DNA from: Alphaproteobacteria bacterium
GTDB taxonomy: Bacteria > Pseudomonadota > Alphaproteobacteria > UBA9219 > RGZA01
Reading direction: 5' to 3'
Assembly: GCA_021732145.1 (NCBI GenBank)
Contig: JAKFVN010000016.1
Span: 8,457-72,456, forward strand
DNA length: 64,000 nucleotides
In this document: positions 54,262-63,913 of the stretch, piece by piece
How the letters are laid out: each line of letters starts with the position of its first letter
Numbering within the stretch: the stretch's first letter is position 1
Program-made: the position numbers and the translations under genes
Notes under the pieces: generated by a model
Database searches by the model: none
What the model was told of the DNA's origin: nothing
Seen by the model: only the letters and a program-made list of their open reading frames with translations

Positions 54262-56325
54262 ATGGCCGACCAACTTAAGGAGCAGCTGCCGCATACGCAC
54301 ACCGCGTTACCATTATCGCGGGTCAGCACCGTTGCTGGCTATGGCCTTGGCAAAGCGGCCGTGCAGGCAAGCTGGCCACTCGTGCGCGCTTCGGCCGATG
54401 CCCTTTACCGCATCACGACCGAGCTTGTCATGCGCCCCGCCATTGCCGGTATACGCGGCGCGGGCAGCGTCATCGTCGGCGTTGGGTTCCAGCTTCCGGC
54501 CTATCTTATCTACAACCTGTTTGGCCGCCTGCCGTATTACGTGATTGGCAAGCCCTTATTGAAACTGGAACGCCGCTTATTTCCAAAGCGCAGCGATGAC
54601 GTAACCCAGTTCATCCAGAAATTGGACGAACGCTATAAATCCTTCAAAAATTACTGGCATGACACCCGCGTTTACAAGGGCTGGCAGAACGCGAAGCAGC
54701 ACATGAACGTGAAAAGCCTTGAGCATTTCATTCATGACTTCTTCGATGCGCGCATGGAAGGCGTGTTCAAATGGGGCAATGCCCTCACGCCAAACAAAGC
54801 ATTGCTGGCACTGGTTATCTGCTTTGGCGTGCTGGCACCGTTATCGCCCGCGCTTGGCCTTTTGCTGCACGGTTATTCATTCCCGTGGTTCATGCCCGAT
54901 TGGCTGGCGCATGCGGCCCATGCAGCGGGAACGGGCATCTATCAATATGCGCAAGCCTTGATGGCGGCGCCGCTGCCAACCCTTGCCGCAAGCTTGCAAA
55001 GCGGGTTTACCTTTTTGCAAACCACTGCCACCAGTTTTGCTTCCAGTGTGATTGCTGCGCCCGGCCAAACTTTGTTGTCGCTTGTGCCATCGCTTGAAAC
55101 GATCAAGACCATTGCCGTTGAAGCCGTCAAGCTTCCCGTATTGCTCACGGGATTTGTGGCAACCAATATCGCGGCGACATTTTTTCCAAAAGCAAAATTG
55201 CTGCTGCCCGCTGTCTTTGCCGCCTGCGCCAATCAGGCCAGCAAGTCGCCCTTTGGCGGCAAGCAATTGGCGGCATGGTTAACCCACGCGCACAAGCTGG
55301 ATGTCGTGCAGGACATTAAAAATGATGCGGCGTTTGCCGAGCGCAATATCGTAAGGCCGTGGACAAGGCACACGCTGCTTGGGCTTGCCACGCTTGGCAC
55401 GGCGATGGTGGCACCGCCGTTCTTCTGGGCGCCGCTGGCCATTTATGCCACAGCAAAAGGCGCACAGCATTATATCGCAAAGCCCATCGCGCGCACAAAA
55501 ACTTGGCAGAACCTGTCGGGCGCGGTGCGCCATGCGGGCGCAGCGATCGGCAACACCATTGTAACATCGCTTGAAAAACTGCCGCTGCTTGGCCGCGCGG
55601 TTACCTATGCCAAACAGCGCGCGATAGCCATTCACAAGGATGAAAATGTCGTCGACAAAATCGCGGGCGTTGCCGCGCCTTTTGTTGAAAAGTCCGGCCA
55701 GCAATACTGGTCACGCCGCCTTGGCAAAAATGATGCCGCAGCGGTAACGCTGGTTCCATCGCTTCCTGCTGCGCAAGAACAAGCCGCCAACCCCGCAGCA
55801 GTTGAACAAAACCCCACCACGAAATCTCTGCTTGAAACACTGATTGTCTATGGCACCAGCGCAACCGCGCCATTGCTTACAGTGCTGGCAACGCAAAAGG
55901 CGTTCATGGTCGATAAAACACTTGGCAACGCATTATCCTTCATGACCGGCGGACATGAAGTGGCAACGATTTTCAGCGGTATTCTGGCGGCCACCGTCGG
56001 CGTTGCAACCTTTGTCGGCACGACATCGGTTGCCAATAAATTGCCGAACTGGCTGTTCCGCCCTGCCGCCGCAGAGGTAAGTGCGAATGCAAGCAAGATT
56101 GAAAACGCAAAAGGTGCATTGATTGTCGAAGGCGTTGTCATGGGCACCCTCGGCCTTGCGGCATGTGCGCTTGGCGTGCCCGCGCCGCTGGCCCTGGCGG
56201 CAGCCGCCGCATGGGTTGCGCCAACCTTAATCAAAGGGCGCCATCAAATCGCCAGAGCTTATGAACCCACGCGCGCCGAAGCAAAGCCAGCCCGCGCTGC
56301 CGCCACTGTTCCGGCGCAAAGCTAA
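54262..56325 (+). CDS. Hypothetical Ala/Gly/Leu-rich polytopic membrane protein (~687 aa)
   Basis: Many hydrophobic stretches along the whole length. AAGGA SD before ATG 54262 (the track ORF starts at TTG 54238). I recognise no domain. Confidence 0.55.
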   Translation: MADQLKEQLPHTHTALPLSRVSTVAGYGLGKAAVQASWPLVRASADALYRITTELVMRPAIAGIRGAGSVIVGVGFQLPAYLIYNLFGRLPYYVIGKPLLKLERRLFPKRSDDVTQFIQKLDERYKSFKNYWHDTRVYKGWQNAKQHMNVKSLEHFIHDFFDARMEGVFKWGNALTPNKALLALVICFGVLAPLSPALGLLLHGYSFPWFMPDWLAHAAHAAGTGIYQYAQALMAAPLPTLAASLQSGFTFLQTTATSFASSVIAAPGQTLLSLVPSLETIKTIAVEAVKLPVLLTGFVATNIAATFFPKAKLLLPAVFAACANQASKSPFGGKQLAAWLTHAHKLDVVQDIKNDAAFAERNIVRPWTRHTLLGLATLGTAMVAPPFFWAPLAIYATAKGAQHYIAKPIARTKTWQNLSGAVRHAGAAIGNTIVTSLEKLPLLGRAVTYAKQRAIAIHKDENVVDKIAGVAAPFVEKSGQQYWSRRLGKNDAAAVTLVPSLPAAQEQAANPAAVEQNPTTKSLLETLIVYGTSATAPLLTVLATQKAFMVDKTLGNALSFMTGGHEVATIFSGILAATVGVATFVGTTSVANKLPNWLFRPAAAEVSANASKIENAKGALIVEGVVMGTLGLAACALGVPAPLALAAAAAWVAPTLIKGRHQIARAYEPTRAEAKPARAAATVPAQS

Positions 56326-57206
56326 ACCAGCTTTTTCAATTTTTTCAAGACATCGGCCTGTAAATCAGGGCGCGAGAGTGCGAAGGCGACATTGGCTTCG
56401 ATAAAGCCAACCTTATCGCCGCAATCATACGTCTTTCCTTCAAAGCGGAAGCCATGGAATGGTTGTTTGCCAAGAAGACCCACGAGTGCATCGGTCAGTT
56501 GAATTTCGCCGCCTGCACCGCGCGCATTTTTCTGCACGTTGTTATCGAGTAGCTGGAGGATTTCTGGCTGCAAAATATAACGGCCAATGATGGAAAGCGT
56601 GGATGGAGCAGCCTCCGGTTTTGGTTTTTCAACCAACCCCTTCACCACTGCCAATTTTCCGTTTTCGCTGGCCACATCAAGAATACCATATTTATTTGTA
56701 TCTTCGCGCGGCACATCTTCCACCGCCAGCATATTGCCACCCACGGTTTTATACGCATCCACCATTTGCTCCAGGCACGGCGTTTTGGAAAGCACCACCA
56801 CGTCCGGCAGCAATACCGCAAAGGGTTCATTGCCCAATGCGGAACGTGCGCACCACACGGCATGGCCCAAGCCCAGCGGTTCGCGCTGGCGCGTGAAAAA
56901 CAGTTTACCTGATGGAATTTCGGTTTTCTTTAAGGCTTCCAGCTCGGCAGTTTTACCGCGCGCTTCCAGCGTTCTATACAAATCGCTGTGCATGTCAAAA
57001 TGGTCTTCTAAGGGGTCTTTGCCCTTTGATGTGACGAAAATGAATTCTTCAATGCCAGCCGCACGCGCTTCTTCCACCGCATACTGGATAAGCGGCTTAT
57101 CCACCAGCGTGAGCATTTCCTTGGGCATGGCTTTGGTTGCGGGAAGGAAACGGGTACCAAGACCAGCTACCGGAAAAACGGCCTTGCGAACTTTTTGACC
57201 ACTCAT
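56322..57206 (-). CDS. galU: UTP--glucose-1-phosphate uridylyltransferase
   Basis: KAVFPVAGLGTRFLPATKAMPKEML, VDKPLIQY, PLGLGHAV, VEKP. Confidence 0.93.
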   Translation of the reverse strand: MSGQKVRKAVFPVAGLGTRFLPATKAMPKEMLTLVDKPLIQYAVEEARAAGIEEFIFVTSKGKDPLEDHFDMHSDLYRTLEARGKTAELEALKKTEIPSGKLFFTRQREPLGLGHAVWCARSALGNEPFAVLLPDVVVLSKTPCLEQMVDAYKTVGGNMLAVEDVPREDTNKYGILDVASENGKLAVVKGLVEKPKPEAAPSTLSIIGRYILQPEILQLLDNNVQKNARGAGGEIQLTDALVGLLGKQPFHGFRFEGKTYDCGDKVGFIEANVAFALSRPDLQADVLKKLKKLV

Positions 57207-57220
57207 ATTAAAACTCTCAT

Positions 57221-57601
57221 TTAATTCATCGCGTCCTTAACCGCGTCACAAATTTCGACAATTGAAAAAGGTTTCGCGATAATCCTGTGCACCAATGCGT
57301 CAATATTATGGGCACGCATGCGTTCCTGCGCGTAACCGGAAATCATTACAATACGCAAATCGGGGTGCAGCGATGTGGCTTTCAATGCCAATGCAATCCC
57401 GTCCACATTCGGCATCACGATGTCGGTGACCAGCACTTCGTATTTGTCTTTCGACAATTGGTCAAGCGCCTGCTGGCCATCGGCCGTTACCGTCACTTCA
57501 TGACCCGCGCCTCCCAGCGCGCGCTGGATAAATTCCCGCACCGCGGGATTATCCTCGGCAACTAAAATGCGAAAACCTTTTTGGGATGATGCGTCAGTCA
57601 T
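57221..57601 (-). CDS. cpdR: Single-domain response regulator, CpdR-like
   Basis: ILVAEDNPAVREFIQRAL..AGHEV...DG..AL..L....YEVLVTDIVMPNVDGIALA...PDLRIVMISGY resembles Caulobacter CpdR as I remember it. Receiver domain only, 126 aa. Confidence 0.7.
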   Translation of the reverse strand: MTDASSQKGFRILVAEDNPAVREFIQRALGGAGHEVTVTADGQQALDQLSKDKYEVLVTDIVMPNVDGIALALKATSLHPDLRIVMISGYAQERMRAHNIDALVHRIIAKPFSIVEICDAVKDAMN

Positions 57602-57746
57602 AATTTGTGGATGAACAACGGGAAATGGTTTTGTCAGGCTTAGTCGAAAATTGTGGATTTCGAGAACCGGGGCGCAGCGTACATTTTAGTACGTGAGCAC
57701 CCGAAGCGCAGAAAAACGCAATTTGCAGACCAGCCTCACAAAACTA

Positions 57747-58535
57747 TTAGAGGAAATGGAATGCGATATCAACCACGCCCTGTTCACTAAATGGCATGGA
57801 ATAGGAGAAATGTTGCCGCATGCCGGGGTCCATTTCCTTGGTCACAATGGGAATAATCCATTCCTTAACGACTTTGCCTTTGGCGTTGAGGGCCTGCGCC
57901 TGCAAAATCGGCACGGTCAGTGTTTTGGTGGTTTTGTTAATTAATGCGCCTTCAATGCTTAAAATCGTTCGGCCCTGATCTTCTTTTAAAAGAGTGGTGG
58001 GCGTGCCATCGAGCACGATTTCCCTGTCCTCTTTCTTTTCGCTTGGTTTTGCTTGCGTGACCTTTTCCCCGTTCATTTTTTCAAGCGGGGCTTTCACTGT
58101 GCCGTCACGCACATCATTGCCATGCATCATGAATACCGGGATGCTGAGGAGGCCCGCCAGAACGACGGCCGCAATCACCGCATTGCGTTTGGCGGTGGGC
58201 GGTTGGATATCGCCCGAAAAATCCGGCAGCACGGGTTCATTATCGCCTTCAATGCTTGTGCGGCCCTGAAACTGACTCTGAAATCTGCTTTGTGAAATGG
58301 TGTTTCGTGTTGCGCCGGAAATGGGTGATGGCGATTGCGACACGTCGGATGATGAAACGGCCGACGCCGCGTCGGGGCGTTCAAATTTCAAATCATCGGC
58401 TGGCAATGTGATCAGCGGGCGCGATGCATGCCATTGATTTTTACATTTCCCGCAACGCACGGTGCGGCCTGTTTCACCGAGCGCACTCGGATTAACATTA
58501 AATTGGGCGGCGCATGATGGGCAGGTTATAATCAA
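57747..58535 (-). CDS. MJ0042-type zinc-ribbon protein with TM segment and DUF3426-like C-terminus
   Basis: MIITCPSCAAQFNVNPSALGETGRTVRCGKCKNQWHA, a central TM helix, and a C-terminal beta-rich domain. Confidence 0.75.
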   Translation of the reverse strand: MIITCPSCAAQFNVNPSALGETGRTVRCGKCKNQWHASRPLITLPADDLKFERPDAASAVSSSDVSQSPSPISGATRNTISQSRFQSQFQGRTSIEGDNEPVLPDFSGDIQPPTAKRNAVIAAVVLAGLLSIPVFMMHGNDVRDGTVKAPLEKMNGEKVTQAKPSEKKEDREIVLDGTPTTLLKEDQGRTILSIEGALINKTTKTLTVPILQAQALNAKGKVVKEWIIPIVTKEMDPGMRQHFSYSMPFSEQGVVDIAFHFL

Positions 58536-58672
58536 AGGGCGTCACGAAATGGAGTCGGATTGAGGCAAGACAGTTCGGATATTAAATTTCTATTCATATA
58601 AAGACAAGAATTGGATAGAGTTGGGCCTGATTTGTCCCTATGTTGCCCTTCCCACTTATTTAGGCACGTACA

Positions 58673-59347
58673 GTGATTCGCTTCGAAAATGTCAGCCTGC
58701 ATTATGATTCCGGCCCAGAAGTCCTAAAGGATATTTCCTTTTCGCTGGATGCTGGCTCGTTCTATTTTTTGACGGGCGCGTCGGGTGCGGGTAAATCCAG
58801 CTTGCTGCGCCTGATGTATCTTGGCGCGAAACCGACATCCGGGCATGTCGTGCTGTTCGACAGGAAAGTGGATGAGCTGGCGCGCGATGAATTGCCCAGT
58901 CTTCGCCGCCGCATCGGCGTTGTGTTCCAGGATTTCCATTTGCTGGATCATCTTTCGGCGCTGGATAATGTCGCGCTGCCCTTGCGCATTGCGGGCGGTG
59001 TCGGTGAAAATAAAATAGGCGAAAGCGAAATCCGTTCTTATGTGGGTGAGCTCTTGCGCTGGGTTGGCCTTGGCGACCATATCATGGCCAAGCCATCGGA
59101 ATTATCGGGCGGGCAGCAGCAGCGCATTGCGATTGCCAGGGCCGTCATCAACCGCCCGCGTTTATTGCTGGCGGATGAACCCACCGGCAACGTGGATGAT
59201 GAAACGGGCTATCGCCTGATGCATTTGTTCATGGAACTCAACAAGCTCGGCACTACCGTGGTGATAGCGACGCATAACCGCCAATTGATTGAAAAAATGG
59301 AAAAGCCGTGCCTGCATTTGCAGCATGGGCGGTTGATGGTGCATTGA
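58673..59347 (+). CDS. ftsE: Cell division ATP-binding protein FtsE
   Basis: GTG start; GASGAGKSSLLRL (Walker A), LSGGQQQRIAIARA (ABC signature), LLLADEPTGNVD (Walker B). Confidence 0.9.
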   Translation: MIRFENVSLHYDSGPEVLKDISFSLDAGSFYFLTGASGAGKSSLLRLMYLGAKPTSGHVVLFDRKVDELARDELPSLRRRIGVVFQDFHLLDHLSALDNVALPLRIAGGVGENKIGESEIRSYVGELLRWVGLGDHIMAKPSELSGGQQQRIAIARAVINRPRLLLADEPTGNVDDETGYRLMHLFMELNKLGTTVVIATHNRQLIEKMEKPCLHLQHGRLMVH

Positions 59348-60381
59348 TGCTAACCCGTGAACCCGTCACATCCGTTGTTGAGGTTACCGATACCACGCCG
59401 CAAACGCCGTGGGCGCATTGGTTTTTAGGCTGGCAGCACAAGCTTGCCGATATGCAGCAAAGCCTGAAAGGCATCACGCGCAAGCCCGTGGCGGTGCAAC
59501 TGCCAAATAATGATCGCAAGATGTCCGTCGCGCTTGCCATTCTTCTGGCAACGCTGTTATTCGTTTCTGCGCTCGCGCTTCTTATCCATTTCGTTCTTGG
59601 TCATGCCGCGGATGGCATGGATACCGGCATCCGTTCATCGATGACGGTGGAGGTATTAAGCGCAACGTCGGAGCAAAAAGACTGGAAATCGGCTGATGAC
59701 CGCCTGAAGCAAGTGCAGGGCGCGCTGCGTAAACTTCCTGGCGTAACGCGGGTGGAGCCCGTTCCGCTTAATCACATGCGCGACTTGTTAAAGCCTTGGC
59801 TTGGCGAGAAAATTACGCTGGATGGCTTGCCGCTGCCATTATTGCTTGATGTGCAGCTTGACCCCAAGGCGACGATTGATAAAAACGCCATCAACAAAAT
59901 CATCGCCGATGTGCCGGGCACGACGCTCGATGATCATGGGCGTTTCATGGGGCAACTGGTCGCCTTTGGCCAGAGCATGCGCAACATTTCGCTCACCATT
60001 ATTGTGCTCAGCGTTGGCGCACTTATTCTCTCCGCCTACTTTGCCGCGCAGGCGACCTTTTACATGAACCGCGACATGATTGAAATTCTGCACCTCATCG
60101 GCGCGGAAGATAACGCGATTGCCCAGCACACCGGCATGAGCATTCTGCGCCTGATGCTGGTGTCATGTTCGGTTGCGCTTACCTTCCTGTTCATCACGCT
60201 TATCCTTATTGTCAAAAGCGCGGCGGGTTTAGACTTCTCCATGTTTCCCAATTTTGATATCGGTTTTTTTGACTGGGTGGCGCTTATCCTTGAATGGGGC
60301 ATTCTGTTTTGCGCGTCCATTCTCTTTTGTTTGCTGGCAGCGCGGTTCACCGTCTTGCAGGCCTTGCGCCGCTTGTTGTAA
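59347..60381 (+). CDS. ftsX: Cell division permease FtsX-like
   Basis: Immediately follows ftsE (TGATG overlap). One N-terminal TM helix, a periplasmic domain and three C-terminal TM helices (IEILHLIGAEDNAI region). Start uncertain (59308 to 59347). Confidence 0.8.
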   Translation: MLTREPVTSVVEVTDTTPQTPWAHWFLGWQHKLADMQQSLKGITRKPVAVQLPNNDRKMSVALAILLATLLFVSALALLIHFVLGHAADGMDTGIRSSMTVEVLSATSEQKDWKSADDRLKQVQGALRKLPGVTRVEPVPLNHMRDLLKPWLGEKITLDGLPLPLLLDVQLDPKATIDKNAINKIIADVPGTTLDDHGRFMGQLVAFGQSMRNISLTIIVLSVGALILSAYFAAQATFYMNRDMIEILHLIGAEDNAIAQHTGMSILRLMLVSCSVALTFLFITLILIVKSAAGLDFSMFPNFDIGFFDWVALILEWGILFCASILFCLLAARFTVLQALRRLL

Positions 60382-60387
60382 CATCCA

Positions 60388-60437
60388 CGGCAGGGCCGGT
60401 TGGGGCTCATTTTAAATGGAAGCGCAGAGGCATCGCC
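60388..60437. repeat. Degenerate GGTTG-hairpin repeat copy
   Basis: CGGCAGGGCCGGTTGGGGCTCATTTTAAATGGAAGCGCAGAGGCATCGCC, 7 nt after the ftsX stop. Confidence 0.6.
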
Positions 60438-60450
60438 TTACATAATAATC

Positions 60451-61065
60451 ATGAACCTTCGGAACTCTTTCCTGCCGCCATTGTTCAACGGCTTCTTTTT
60501 AATCCTGCTGTTCTGGCTGGGCGGGTTTTTGCTGTTCACCAATGATGTGGTGACCATGCCCACCAACATCATTGACCCCGCGCTGAAAGCCGATGGCATC
60601 GTGGTGCTGACCGGCGGCACGGAGCGCGTGCCAATGGGCCTTGAATTATTGCAGGGCGGCTATGCGCCGCGCCTTCTTATTTCCGGCGTGGATCCGCGGG
60701 CCAACCCCACGCAATTCATTCAAAACCATCCGGCGCGCGTAAAGATGGAATGCTGCATTACGCTGGGCGTGTTTGCCGAAGATACGCATGGCAATGCGAA
60801 AGAAGCCGCCGGCTGGATGCAGAAATACAATATGAAAAGCATCATCATGGTCACGGCGAACTATCATATGCGCCGCGCATTGCTGGAATTCCATCAGGCA
60901 TTGCCGCATAACCTTGTCTATCACGTCGCGGTGAACCCAAGCATTGCGCATATTGATGAATGGTGGCTGCACCCCGGCACGGCGGGCATGCTGATGGAAG
61001 AATATGCCAAATACATTGTTGCCACCTTAAAGGCGGCTGTGCACAGCATCATGGTGCTTGAATAA
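60451..61065 (+). CDS. YdcF/ElyC (DUF218) family protein
   Basis: N-terminal TM helix, then GIVVLTGGTERVPMGLELLQGGYAPRLLISGV and MVTANYHMRRA. Start set at MNLRNSF (60451), after the repeat. Confidence 0.75.
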   Translation: MNLRNSFLPPLFNGFFLILLFWLGGFLLFTNDVVTMPTNIIDPALKADGIVVLTGGTERVPMGLELLQGGYAPRLLISGVDPRANPTQFIQNHPARVKMECCITLGVFAEDTHGNAKEAAGWMQKYNMKSIIMVTANYHMRRALLEFHQALPHNLVYHVAVNPSIAHIDEWWLHPGTAGMLMEEYAKYIVATLKAAVHSIMVLE

Positions 61066-61067
61066 GC

Positions 61068-61802
61068 ATGAAATCCCCGAAGCCTACGCCCGCGATTATT
61101 CTGCGCACCATTTTGTTCAATGTGTTTTTTTTCACATGGGCCCCGCTTGGCAGCTTGGCGGCGCTGATGGTCGGAACCTTTTCCAAAGACCGCGCGCTAT
61201 TCCTGAAATTCATCGCCGCTTGGGTTGAGGTGATCGATTGGGGTGAACGCGTTATCCTCAATCTAAAACACGAGAAAATCGGCCTTGAGCATCTGCCTCC
61301 CAAACCCTTTATCGCCGCCCTGCAACATCAGGCCGCATGGGAAGCGATGCAGGTTCCGATATGGTTTCCCAATGCCGCCATTGTGCTGAAACAGGAATTG
61401 CTGGACGTGCCGTTATGGGGCCCATGCATGGATAAATACGGTGCCATTCCCGTGCAGCGCGCGAAAAAGGGCAGCGATATCCGCCGCATGCTGGTGGCGG
61501 GCGAAGAATTTGTGCACGAAAAACGCGCTATCATCATCTTCCCGCAAGGCACGCGCGTGAAGCTGGGCGAAACCAAGCCATACCAGCGCGGCGTTGGCGT
61601 GTTATACGAACATTTGAAAGTGCCGGTTGTGCCCATTTCCCTGAATTCGGGCGAATATTGGGGCCGCGTCAAACTATTCGGCTTTTTAAATATCCATTTT
61701 CCGGGAACCGTGCGCGTGACTATTCACAAGCCTATTCCAGCTGGCCTGCCGCGCGATGAGATGATGGGAAAATTACAGGCCGCTATCGAGAGCGCTAATT
61801 AA
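61068..61802 (+). CDS. plsC: 1-acyl-sn-glycerol-3-phosphate acyltransferase (LPLAT family)
   Basis: LQHQAAWEA (H-x4-[DE] block), IIIFPQGTR (FPEGTR-like block), PVVPISLN. Confidence 0.8.
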   Translation: MKSPKPTPAIILRTILFNVFFFTWAPLGSLAALMVGTFSKDRALFLKFIAAWVEVIDWGERVILNLKHEKIGLEHLPPKPFIAALQHQAAWEAMQVPIWFPNAAIVLKQELLDVPLWGPCMDKYGAIPVQRAKKGSDIRRMLVAGEEFVHEKRAIIIFPQGTRVKLGETKPYQRGVGVLYEHLKVPVVPISLNSGEYWGRVKLFGFLNIHFPGTVRVTIHKPIPAGLPRDEMMGKLQAAIESAN

Positions 61803-61870
61803 GGGCGGCGACCGCCAACCCGCAAGCTCAAGCGGGCGAAGCCCCATAAAAATAATAGCCGGCGTTTGAG

Positions 61871-62164
61871 TTAGTTAATTGTCAGTTCTTTTTCGATGAC
61901 CTGATAATCGCGGCAGCTGATGTGATCAAGCACCGCAATGCGCACCTGATACAATTTGCCATCCAGCTTGCTTTCCCAAAAATTCAGGAATTTGCGCAAG
62001 ACAGGGAATTTCGGCAACAGGTCTAAATCCTGCCAGATATAGCTTTGCAACAGTTTGGGGTGATCCGGAATGCGGTAGAGGATTTCAGCGGTGGTCAGCC
62101 TGTAATGCTCAAGCTGCCGCTTAAAATCATTGGAAGGAGTAATGATGCCACCACCATCAGCCAT
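61871..62164 (-). CDS. Usg family protein
   Basis: FKRQLEHYRLTTAEILYRIPDHPKLLQSYIWQDLDLLPKFPVLRKFLNFW fits the Usg (PF06233) pattern. Start set at MADGGG. Confidence 0.75.
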   Translation of the reverse strand: MADGGGIITPSNDFKRQLEHYRLTTAEILYRIPDHPKLLQSYIWQDLDLLPKFPVLRKFLNFWESKLDGKLYQVRIAVLDHISCRDYQVIEKELTIN

Positions 62165-62221
62165 CCGCTTAGGGTAAGGGAAGACGGATAACAATTCGTT
62201 AAGGGTAGCGGCATCAAGCCC

Positions 62222-62728
62222 TTATAAACCGCCTAAAAAGTCCTTTTTGCCAAGGTCAGCGCCATTGTGACGCAAAATCGCATAGGCAATGCTGATATGG
62301 AAAAAGAGGTTTGGAATGACAAAGCCGAGCAGATATTGCTGGCCGGTCATTTGCATTTCCTGCCCGCCCACTTTCAATGAAATGGCCTTGCCTTCGCTGC
62401 CATCAATTTGCTGCGCGGTAAAACCGCTCACGAACTTAATGGTCTTGGCAATGCGTTCCTGCAATTCGGCGAATGTTGTTTCAGTATCTGCATAGCTGGG
62501 GATTTCCGCGCCCGCCAAACGCGCCGCACCGCCCTTGGTCACATCGCTGGCAATCTGGATTTGCTTGGAAAGCGGCAGCATATCCGGCGCAAGGCGCGCA
62601 TTAATCAGAACGCCGGGGTCAATTTTCTTGGCCGCTGCCAGCGCTTCGCCTTTCCTGAGAATTTCGGAAAGAATGCCCAGTTCACGGGTAATCACGGGGA
62701 TGGAGGCTTGGTACATGGATAGGGTCAT
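62222..62728 (-). CDS. DUF1993 domain protein
   Basis: MYQASIPVITRELGILSEIL...LINARLAPDMLPLSKQIQIASD...NLFFHISIAYAILRHNG. Confidence 0.75.
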   Translation of the reverse strand: MTLSMYQASIPVITRELGILSEILRKGEALAAAKKIDPGVLINARLAPDMLPLSKQIQIASDVTKGGAARLAGAEIPSYADTETTFAELQERIAKTIKFVSGFTAQQIDGSEGKAISLKVGGQEMQMTGQQYLLGFVIPNLFFHISIAYAILRHNGADLGKKDFLGGL

Positions 62729-62812
62729 AAGGAGGCTCCGATGAAAGAAGGGAGCCTTCTATCTAGCCTGCACCCACCTAAAAGCAAGGGGGTGCAAAAA
62801 AGTGGGGGCCTT

Positions 62813-63412
62813 TTAACCAGCCGCTAATGTGGATTTTGCATCGTGTGGTCGGCGCTTCAATACACTTTGTTCGGCAACCGCACGCAACTGGGAAACGGCA
62901 ATATCCTGGGCAAGGTCAAGCTTTGTCTGGATAGCCATGATTTGTTTGTCGCTCAGACGTACGGGCAACCCTTGCTGCCCATCACTTGCTGTCCAATAAA
63001 CCAGTGCGCTGGTAATGGCATCCGGTGTGAGTTTTAATTGGGAGACATTCGTAATATTGACCGCCACGCGCGAGCCGACAGCATGGGTCAGCTTCACTGC
63101 GCCCTTGCCAAGCTTATTGTAATGCACAACCGCATCAACGGTATTCAATGGGCAAGGAAATGCCATCACGGGTGCGTCTGGTGTTTCCGGCACCAGAAAA
63201 ACATCTGATTGATATCCGTCGTTGGAAACACGCGCAGCAATATACGCAATACGGGTTACATCAAAGCTCTTCTGGTTTAACTCTGCGGGTGACAAATCCT
63301 GGGGCGCTGCATCGCGCAGTGCTGCACGCGCCAGCATGGCGATAGCTTCCTCTCTGGCCGCTTTTGCTGCCTCTTGGTTCAACAATTCACGTTTAGCCGC
63401 CAAGTAATCCAT
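62813..63412 (-). CDS. Hypothetical protein (199 aa)
   Basis: Clean ORF. I recognise no domain. Confidence 0.45.
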   Translation of the reverse strand: MDYLAAKRELLNQEAAKAAREEAIAMLARAALRDAAPQDLSPAELNQKSFDVTRIAYIAARVSNDGYQSDVFLVPETPDAPVMAFPCPLNTVDAVVHYNKLGKGAVKLTHAVGSRVAVNITNVSQLKLTPDAITSALVYWTASDGQQGLPVRLSDKQIMAIQTKLDLAQDIAVSQLRAVAEQSVLKRRPHDAKSTLAAG

Positions 63413-63913
63413 ACGATTAAGCCTTTAAAAAATGCAGCCTTAAAAATCCCGAGTCTTAATACTCAACATATTGAAGTCATACCTAATTTACCGCAGAGAC
63501 TCGAAACTAATTGGCGAAAAAAGCATGCACGTGGTTAAAACGCGGAAATTCTTTGCCCGATTTCTGCCGATAACCTTAAGCAACCGTTCGCAGCTTCAAA
63601 AATTCTTTTGCGCAAAGCAGTTCAAATGCCAACTAAATTTTCGGGATTATGGTTTTTTTCCTGCCCCACTTCTTAAATGGGTACGCACCGATTTTTTGCA
63701 TCGCGTTAACATGCCTGAACAAATTTTCTGAACATGGTTAATACTTCAAAAATGCATCACATTTGAAGTACATTTTCTCAAAAATTTTAATCATTTTCTT
63801 GGCAAATTTTCATTATAAAACAATGTGTTATCCACCGTGACATTAATGTTTCGGTGATGATTTTAACCTTATTCTGGAGCTACCCGAAACGACCCCTTTT
63901 CAAGGTTAGTAAC

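Noticed and set aside
63471-63731. 86-aa ORF in the AT-rich spacer near the window end.
   Set aside because: The translation is low-complexity and Lys/Phe-rich, as expected from AT-rich non-coding DNA, and there is no start context. The region is more likely a long promoter region for the ORF starting at 63914.
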